From Octopus vulgaris (lineage: Eukaryota), in the NCBI GenBank assembly GCA_951406725.2, contig OX597822.1:23870001-23934000 (forward strand): a DNA stretch of 64,000 nt, in the 5' to 3' direction. The position numbers were made by a program, and so were the translations under genes. Below are positions 55,107 to 64,000 of the stretch, in pieces. How positions within the stretch are numbered: the stretch's first letter is position 1; every line of letters begins with the position of its first letter. The notes beneath the pieces are model-generated. The model ran no database searches, was not told the origin of the DNA, and saw only the letters and a list, made by a program, of their open reading frames with translations.

Positions 55107-55644
55107 ATAAATAAATAAATATAACAACAACAACTTATAAAAAAAATATTTATTACATCATAAAGCATTATGCTAATAGAGTTAAATATCTTGTTCAAGG
55201 TGTGAGTGATTAGCACAACATACGCAGTGTGAAGGAAACCCGAGATGAGAACACAAGCATCAGAAAGTGGCTACTTACCTGTACCTTATCCAATCAAATG
55301 ATCACCGTCACTGAAGCACAACAAAAGCAGAGGTTGGATGGGGACATGTGGGGGACAGGTAAATTTGTGTTTTATTTGGGGAGGACAGGGGAGAGGGAGA
55401 GGGAGAGAGAGAGAGAGAGAGAGAGATGCAGCAGAATTCAAATTAATTAATATTCAATAATATTAATATTCATTAATATTCATAATAGTTCAATAAATTA
55501 ACAGTTGAGTAGGAAAGAATATCAGTGGAAAAAGTTGGCCAATGTACACATAACCATCCTTAGAAATTGTCCATTTAGTTTCAATTGTTTAGATGTTGTT
55601 ATACATACAAACATACATTCATTCATTCATACATATATCTTTTA

Positions 55645-55936
55645 TCTTGGACTACTTTCTGCCATTAGAAGGTGGCCATGCTGGGATATCACCTGAAAAC
55701 ATTTTGGTTGCACAAATCAACCTCAGTACTTGTTTTATTTTTAAAACCTGGCACCTTATTCTATTCTATCAGTCTATTTTGCTGAACTGCTAAGTTACAG
55801 ATTGTAAAATACACCCAACACCAGCTGTAAAGTGGTGGTGGTAAGGGAGAGGGGAAGGACAAACTCATACACAAAGACACTATATATAGTATGTATGTAT
55901 ATATATACACACACACACAGATATATATATATACAT

Positions 55937-55967
<31 letters not shown>

Positions 55968-56125
55968 ATGGGCTTCTTTTGGTTTCTATCTACCAAACCC
56001 CCACACAAGGCTTTGACTGGCCTGAGGCAATTGTAGAAAAAAAACTTGCTCAAGGTGCCATACAGTAGGATAGAACCCAGATCCATGTGGTCAGGAAAGA
56101 AACTTCTTACCACACAGCTATGCTT
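55645..56125 (-). mobile_element. SINE family a, CpG-decayed
   Basis: Homology to 27930-28350. Confidence 0.7.
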
Positions 56126-56526
56126 CCATCTATTTTACATACATACACACGCGTGTTCATTTCTCTTTTCACCATCTGTGATTTTATTTTTGATCATCTA
56201 TATAAATGAAGATATTTCCTCTGCCTGGCTGCTTTTCTTTCTACAAAATGGAAAATTACATTGCAGAACAGTCATTTTAATGAGTTGTATTTATTTATCC
56301 CCTGACAAGATACATCTGCACCACTGGATGCTCCTGAACCAGTTGTTGAGTGTCCCAGCCATGAGGAATTGATGCTAGATGTGTCGAAACAATTGTTGTG
56401 ATCAATGATAAATACTTGTATATTCCATCTTCTGTCTTTCATTTGTTATATACCTATCAATCACTGTGAAAGTGACCGTGCTTTACCAGTAAGCTACCAG
56501 GTGTAAACCATTCATTTTATTATCCA

Positions 56527-56557
<31 letters not shown>

Positions 56558-56569
56558 CATACATACACA

Positions 56570-56760
56570 CCTTGAGAAATTAGGCTTCTCAAAATCAGAA
56601 AGGAGAAAGCTAATTCAAAGACTACAGATCCAGTCCATCAGTGGAACTGTAAAAATCTGTAAAACATTCCAGAGGTTTATCATTTAAATATATATGAGCA
56701 TGTCCAGATATTCAACTATATGTATGAGAATACATACATAAAACATACAAATCTACGCAT
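56570..56760 (+). mobile_element. RLE non-LTR 3' end flanked by (CATA)n
   Basis: Matches 44990-45180. Confidence 0.7.
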
Positions 56761-56944
56761 GCATGCATGCATGCATACATACATACATACATACATACAT
56801 ACATACATACATACATACAAAAATACCGTTGTTGATGTTGAGATTCCAATGAAGGAGCCTTGGATCTAAGTTACAAACCGGTTCTTTCTCTATTGGCAAG
56901 AAATCTTGAAATAAACTGAGTAATGACATACATACATACATACA

Positions 56945-56980
<36 letters not shown>

Positions 56981-57425
56981 TATATAAATATATATATAAA
57001 ATTCAGTTTGACTCAGATCCATGTAGCTTGAGAGAATGAATCTATCTTGGTCTCAGCTACAAGCCAATGAAACTTTAAGTAGCATTGAGCTGAGTCAAGC
57101 TGTTATTAAATTATATGTGTAACTATACACACACTCACACACACACACACATACACATATATAAATACATGCAGACATATACATGGTGTTCATAAATTAT
57201 CTTTATAATGTTCACAATTTATTGTATCTAATAGAGTTGAGCTCCATCAATGAACTTCTTTGCAACCAATCAAACCCATGTGGAAGTGTTCTGATATTTC
57301 AAATAAAACAATATTTCTTAGCCTACACTTTCAAATGAATTCTGCTGAATTATCCTTATATTTTTTTCTTTTTCTGAATTTTTCAAATTTACAGACACTC
57401 TGTATTACTGTAAAAAGTTTTAACA

Positions 57426-57851
57426 TATGAGAGGGGGCTGAAAAGTTCCTGGCTTAAAGGGTTTTGAAAAAAGGCTTGGTTGGAAACCTAACCTTCCAAG
57501 TTCTTTTACAGAGCTTAGAAAAACTGAAGAGGGGAGAATATGTTGAATGAAATCATAATTAACTGACCCTCCTGTATTTTCTTTTACCCAAAGCCAGGAT
57601 CTTTTCAGCAACCCCTCATGTATTTATATGAGGGGTGGAGGTTAAAAAGTTCCTAGCTTAAAGGGTATTGCGAAAGGCCTGGTTGGAAGTCCAACCTTTC
57701 GAGCTTTTTTACAGGACTTAGAAAAACTGAAGGACCACTGCAATATGACAATGAATCTAAGAAGGGAATATGTTGGAAAAAACCATAACTAACTGATCCT
57801 CCTGTATTTTCATTTACCCAAAGCCAGAAACTTTTCAGCAACCCCTCATAT
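57426..57851. mobile_element. Two tandem mariner-type MITEs
   Basis: TATGAG..GGG..AAAAGTTCCT at the left end and CTTTTCAGCAACCCCTCAT at the right end of each copy (57426-57620, 57626-57851). Confidence 0.75.
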
Positions 57852-57914
57852 ATAGTTACATTAAAGCCATTTGAAATATTATCAAACAAAAAATTCAAAC
57901 CATATATTGGTTTC

Positions 57915-58115
57915 AAATTTTGACACAAGGCCAGCAATTTCAGGGGTAGGGGCTAAGTCAATTACATTAACCCCAGTGTTCAACTGGTACTTATTTTACC
58001 AACCCCAAAAGGATGAAAGGCAAAGTCGACCTCGGCAGAATTTGAACTCAGAACACAAGGATAGATGAAATACTGCAAAAGTATTTTGCCCAGCATGCTA
58101 ATGATTCTGCCAGCT
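57915..58115 (-). mobile_element. Family-d SINE
   Basis: Conserved core, CpG-decayed. Confidence 0.78.
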
Positions 58116-58751
58116 CAATACGTATATGGGATTGAAATGTGTGTATGTTCAAACATATTGGTAATGCAACAGTAGTTTGTGTGTGTCAGTGCTTGCATGT
58201 GTGCATATGTATGTATGGTGTGGTAAAAAGGGGCATTAATTAACAGATGTTAATTTGTGCTTCATTAATTGTTTTCCACTAATATAGTAATGGACAGCAT
58301 ATGTAAAACATATGTACATACATATAAACATATACACACCTACATATATATATATGCATATACATAGTCAAATAAAATAAACAAACACACGTACAAACAC
58401 ACACTTCACATATAAAAGTATATATACATATAAGTATTTTTATATATACATACATTGATACAAATATATATTTATATATACATATATATATATATTCACA
58501 TATAACATATACATATTTATATATACACATATATTTATATGTACATATATAGATATACATGGATAAACTTAGGAAATTTCAAGATCTTAATACTGTATAG
58601 TAAAATGAAATATCAAATGTGAATATTCTGTGCACTATTGTCTTTATTCTTTGATTAGAATTTCAAACTTCGAAACACATCTTATCTAGAAGGGATTGTC
58701 TCCCCTACAACAGCTGACCACCAGGGGGACACCATGTATGTGTGTGTATAC

Positions 58752-58784
<33 letters not shown>

Positions 58785-58789
58785 TATAT

Positions 58790-59509
58790 ATTTTATAATT
58801 ATATACACAATTATAATAAGGGCTTGGTTTGCACCTCGCCACACACTGAAAAATAGATGTCAATAGACACTATTAAAACCATAAATTCTCCGAGGAAAAC
58901 ACACTACATAATAGGTTAGCAAAAGAAAGAAAATGAATTAAACTTGAAGTTAACTTCATACAAGATCCTTTTTCCAGCTTAAAGTAAAAAAATATTACCT
59001 ATTGCCTTCATCAGTGCAGGTATTCCATAGCATAAATTTACATGTGTCCATGAATATGTGAATGCACTGCGACTTCACTCAACCATCCATCCACACTCAC
59101 AGAAATATACTGCAAAGTAGAATTCACATCTTTCTTTTATACCCACGTGTAGTGTGTCAAGATCAAGTCTGCAGTTAATAAAGTTTTCATCAAGGAGTAA
59201 ATTTTTCAAATATTAATTATAATAATAATAAAGGGGGAAAAAAATCATTAATGATTTTTACCAGGTGGTCAGTGCAGAAATAAAAACCTCATAGGTAAAT
59301 TTTACAAACATTTTATAATTAAATACATAATTATAATAATGGTTTGGCTTGCACTTCACCATGCACTGAAAAATAGACGTCAAAATACACTATTACCATC
59401 ATAAATTATAATTATGTATATAATTATAAAATATTTGTAAAATTTACCTATGAGGTTTTTATTTCCGCGCTGACCACCTGGTAAAACTTATTAATGATAT
59501 TTTACCCTT

Positions 59510-59515
<6 letters not shown>
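58790..59515. repeat. Partial tandem (~520 bp) plus inverted repeat, PLE-like geometry
   Basis: ~58795-58885 is repeated at ~59312-59405; ~59224-59338 is inverted at ~59404-59514. Confidence 0.7.
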
Positions 59516-59550
<35 letters not shown>

Positions 59551-60316
59551 AACATATATATTCATACACATGCACATATATGTATATATATATATGTGTG
59601 TGTGTGTATGTGTAGGATAAAAAATACTCCAATGAAGCTGATGTTGTTTTGCATTGGCAACACTTATAGTATGTAGTAAAATGAATAAAAACAAAAACAG
59701 TATAGTGAACTTGCAGGGATGGGTGGAAAATTCAATGGTTCAGGCAGAGTTCGTCTTCAGGAGAAAAGCTGAAAGGAGTGGAGTCAGTTATTTTTAATTT
59801 AGCGCAGGTAAAACTCTGCTGCCTCCTCTTAATTTCTCTCCTTTCGACTTTTCTGAAGAAGGACTGTCCGAAACATTGAATTTTCAACCCCTCACTGGAA
59901 GTTCACTATATTCTTTTTTTTTTAAATTTTACTATATATGTACAAATACACACATGCACACGTACACACATATGCGTGCACATACACACACACAAATATA
60001 AACTGGTAGGTTGTCTATGAGTAAAAAAAACACACACACTCTAAGAGAGCTATAAAACTTTTAGATTTTTATACTGTCAGGCAGTATATTTCAGGTTATG
60101 GTATATAACCATTTAAAAAGTTTCCAATGATTTCCAACTATTGCACTTGGCACTATTGAAGAATATATTCAATAAGTTTGGATGAACCCAAAGTCTGAAC
60201 TGTTGTAGTTAAAATGTTGAACTGTTTAACTTTGGTAAGTTTTATTCCAAGTCAAACCAATGCCAGAAAGATGACTTATTAAAGAAAATAACATGTGAAT
60301 GGTATTTTTGTGACCA

Positions 60317-60704
60317 TTAACCCTTTTGATGCCAACCTGTTTAAAACCACTCTTGGGTTTATGAAAGAAAATTTCCTGTTTTATCTAAGTTAAAAACCTA
60401 CCATCAAAATGCCATCTTAATTTGTATTCCAAACACCAGCTTAATAATAACAGTTATTTTTTTGATTTACTCTTTACTCTCTCCTTTACTTGTTTCAGTC
60501 ATTTGACTGCAGCCATGCTGGAGCACCGCCTTTTAGTCAAGCAAAAAAAACCCAGGACTTATTCTTTGTAAGCCTAGTACTTATCATATCGGTCTCTTTT
60601 GCCAAACCGCTAAGTTACAGGGACGTAAGCACACCAGCATCGGTTGTCAGGCGATGTTGAGGGGACAAACGCACACACACAAACATATACACACACACAC
60701 ACAC

Positions 60705-60754
<50 letters not shown>

Positions 60755-60868
60755 TAACAAAAGGGTTAATGATGACAAAGTTATTTTGGTAAATTCTTCA
60801 ATATTTTTGAAATCAATTAAAATAAATGCAGAGCATTTTAACAGAAATATGATTGCAAAAGGAGTAAG
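60317..60868. mobile_element. piggyBac-type MITE with nested family-a SINE (60468-60750, minus)
   Basis: TTAACCCTTTTG at 60317 and CAAAAGGGTTAA ending at 60769; degenerate second right end near 60866. Confidence 0.55.
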
Positions 60869-61235
60869 CCTTAATCATTGAAGTTCCAGGTTCAAATAAC
60901 TGAGAACCCAGACCATATGAGAAGAATACTATTAAGAAAGTTATTTGACTAACTCATTTAAAAAATGTGGGATAGGAAGGAGGGGCATTGTTGTCACAGA
61001 CCGGTTTCTTTGTAGTTTTGTCTTTTTTTTTATTATTTACACCAAGCTTCTTCTAAAGGCAATCACTTCATGATTTAATATTAAATATTATGTAAATACA
61101 TTAATAAATAGACTCAATTCGTATTGGAATTGAATACTTTCTTCCCCTGTTTCTCTGTTCCTGTTTGAATATTTTACACTGTTGACATTCACATTATACA
61201 CTCATATCTTGGTACTACAAGCTACCCTTTCACAG

Positions 61236-61293
61236 ATTTCAGAGGCAGCAAACAAAATCCCACCATATCAACAACACTTCTTCACCATCTATG
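61236..61293 (+). other. Candidate 58-nt exon
   Basis: CCCTTTCACAG acceptor and ATG|GTAAGT donor in unique sequence. Confidence 0.3.
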
Positions 61294-61805
61294 GTAAGTT
61301 TGATTTTAAATCAAAAATGTTGAATTTACTGTATTATAGAGTATATTTACAGTATACAAGTATTTTGCACTGTCAGACTGGATAGTGTGCTGGATTAAAA
61401 GCACAGTACTATATTTATTCCTCAGTCTTTCGTAATGTAATTGTTGATATTAGCCATTCCTAACGTAACCTAACCTTAATGATGGTACCTATGCACAATC
61501 AGCTTCATCTGACCGATGTTCCCCACTTTTAGTCCATAGTACCAAGATATGAGAGTATATGCATACATATATATATATATACAAACTTATATATATATAT
61601 GTATGTTTATAAGTATACATATATATATATATATATATAGGGAGAGAGGGAGAGATATAGATAGATAGATAGATGTGTGTACATATATATGTATATATAC
61701 ATGTATATACACATACAAACATATGTAAACATACATGTGCACATACATAGGTATATGCATGTACATATGTGCAAGTGTGTATGTATATACACACATATAG
61801 ATATA

Positions 61806-61840
<35 letters not shown>

Positions 61841-62143
61841 GAGATACAGACAACTCCTTTTACTAAAACCAGAGCATGCATTAATTAAAAGTCAAAATTT
61901 TAAAAGCTGATGTTGGGTATACATGTACATACCATCTTTCTAGGCCGTCCCCCATAAAAGTTGGAATAAAATTGGATTTGCAGTTTGATTTAATTATATA
62001 TCATAGTCAGGCATTGTATGTATATGGTGCATCCATGTATTCATGCAGGAAACATCTCAATACACACACACACATACCAATATACATGTATACACACACA
62101 TATATATATGTGTACACACACACACATACCAATATACATGTAT

Positions 62144-62196
<53 letters not shown>

Positions 62197-62223
62197 AACA
62201 CACATGCTTACTCTCATATGCAA

Positions 62224-62254
<31 letters not shown>

Positions 62255-62347
62255 TACTATTTTGTTTACATGAATAATAAAATGTCTTCTCTTTTAACTT
62301 TTGCTGTTTTTCTTTTGTTTTACGCATTCCTTATTGTTTTGTTCTCC

Positions 62348-62391
<44 letters not shown>

Positions 62392-62606
62392 GTATGCATG
62401 TTTGTTTTCATGTTTAGTTACAATGAAAACAATTGCACGTTAATCTTGGCGTTACTCTATACTATTGTAGAGTACCAAATATATTTTTCTTAAGCAAGAA
62501 TACTGTTGACAGTAACTTCGAAGTTTCAGCCATTCAAGCTATGGCTGGATGGCTTAACTGGCTGAAACTTCCAAATCACTATCAGCAATACTCTTGTTTA
62601 AGAATA

Positions 62607-62669
<63 letters not shown>

Positions 62670-62860
62670 ATACATACATATACACATACATACATATATA
62701 TATATATATATACATACACATATATATATTTATATGATATGTAATATAAATACTATATGTATATTATATATATGCACTATAAATACTGTATATATATGTA
62801 ATATAAATACTATATATATATTATGTATATTATATACATTCCATTTGTTTTTCTGTATCT

Positions 62861-62990
62861 TCACAAGACAATATTCACATAGCGGTGATTTATTCTCGTC
62901 TCTCTGTGCTTCTTCTGAACTGCCAAGAAATGGTTCAGCAGCTCTTTGAAGTCGATCTGATTCACCAGCTGACATTCCTCTTTCAGTTTC
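62861..62990 (-). CDS. Candidate coding exon (possibly terminal) of an unidentified gene
   Basis: Long polypyrimidine tract and CACAG acceptor, then KLKEECQLVNQIDFKELLNHFLAVQKKHRETRINHRYVNIVL*; a second frame is also open. Confidence 0.5.
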
Positions 62991-63079
62991 CTGTGTGCAA
63001 AGAAATAGAAAAGAAAAAGAAAAAAAATCAGAACAATAATAACAACAACAACAACAACAAAAAGATAAAAAAAGAAGTC

Positions 63080-63415
63080 TTTTTTACAAGAGGGGCCTAG
63101 CCAATTACATTCACCCCAGTGCTCGACTGGTACATATTTTATTGACACCAAAACGATGAAAGTAAAGCGGACCTTGGCAAAATTTGAACTCAGGATGTGA
63201 AAATGGGATAAAATGCCATTAAGCATTATGTCTGGTGTGAATAATAATAATAATAATAATAATGATAATAATAATAATAAGGATAATGATAATGATAATG
63301 ATAATGAAAGGAAAAGCAAAGCCGACCAAGGCAGCATTTTAATTCAGAACATGAAGACGAAATACTGCTAAGCATTTCACCTCATGTGCTAATGATTCTA
63401 CCAGCTTGCCACCTT
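63080..63415 (-). mobile_element. Decayed family-d SINE fragments
   Basis: Remnants of the family-d core. Confidence 0.65.
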
Positions 63416-63694
63416 GATAACAATAATAATAATAATAATAATAATATTGACAGCAACAATATAAAAACAATATGATGTCAAGGCTGAAAAAAACTCTGCT
63501 GCTTCAGCAACATGGCTGTAAAATGCCAGTTAAGGAATGTGACCACCACCTACAACTTTAATTTGTTAGTAACTAGAAAGCCTTTGATCATTTAGCTCCT
63601 GCATCTGTTCATTCAAACTGACTTGGAGATTAGACATCATCAAACACACACACACACACATATATATTGTGACTTAAATGTGTGTGTGTGTGTG

Positions 63695-64000
63695 TGTAAA
63701 TCTACTGGAGGAAAAGCTCCCAGAAAGCAACTGGCCACCAAGTCTGCCCAAAAGAGTGCCCCAGCTACCGGTGGGGTGAAGAAGCCTCATAGATACAGGC
63801 CTGGAAGTGTTGCTCTTTGTGAAATCTGTAGATATCAGAAGTCTACTGAATTACTTATCCGTAAAATACCATTCCAGCATTTGGTCTGTGAAATTGCTCA
63901 GGATTTCAAGACCGATCTTCATTTCCAGAGTTCGGCTGTAATGGCTCTCCAAGAAGCTAGCAAAGCTTAATGTTTTGGTCTCTTTGAAGATACCAACTTG
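63695..64000 (+). pseudogene. H3: Canonical-type histone H3 pseudogene (runs off the window)
   Basis: [15 protein letters not shown]...[12 protein letters not shown]; N-terminal codons replaced by (TG)n; multiple R to C/H changes; stop at Y99; A31 and SAVM mark canonical H3 rather than H3.3. Confidence 0.95.

Overview
Eukaryotic, AT-rich genomic DNA saturated with microsatellites. The SINE/LINE repertoire suggests an octopod cephalopod, but that is inference. Most ORF-track entries are artefacts of (TA)n/(CA)n/(TAA)n repeats. Real content: two CR1-group LINEs (one preceded by a Myb/trihelix-like ORF and a CCCH-finger ORF), many R4/Dong-like RLE retrotransposon copies inserted in (TAA)n or (CATA)n, two truncated Penelope-like elements (PLEs), RTE fragments, a gag-less Gypsy remnant (LTR+PBS+protease), Tc1/mariner and piggyBac-type relics and MITEs, several tRNA-derived SINE families, a CpG-decayed histone H3 pseudogene, and a few orphan exon candidates. 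The standout is a 2.4-kb ORF-less array at 49002-51406. It consists of near-identical ~474-bp units, tandem then inverted, and five of its six copies carry a type I hammerhead ribozyme, making it a candidate retrozyme or circular-RNA system. A canonical hammerhead also lies at the 3' end of one PLE, and minimal hammerhead-like motifs are scattered through the window. All coordinates were read by eye, so repeat edges are approximate.
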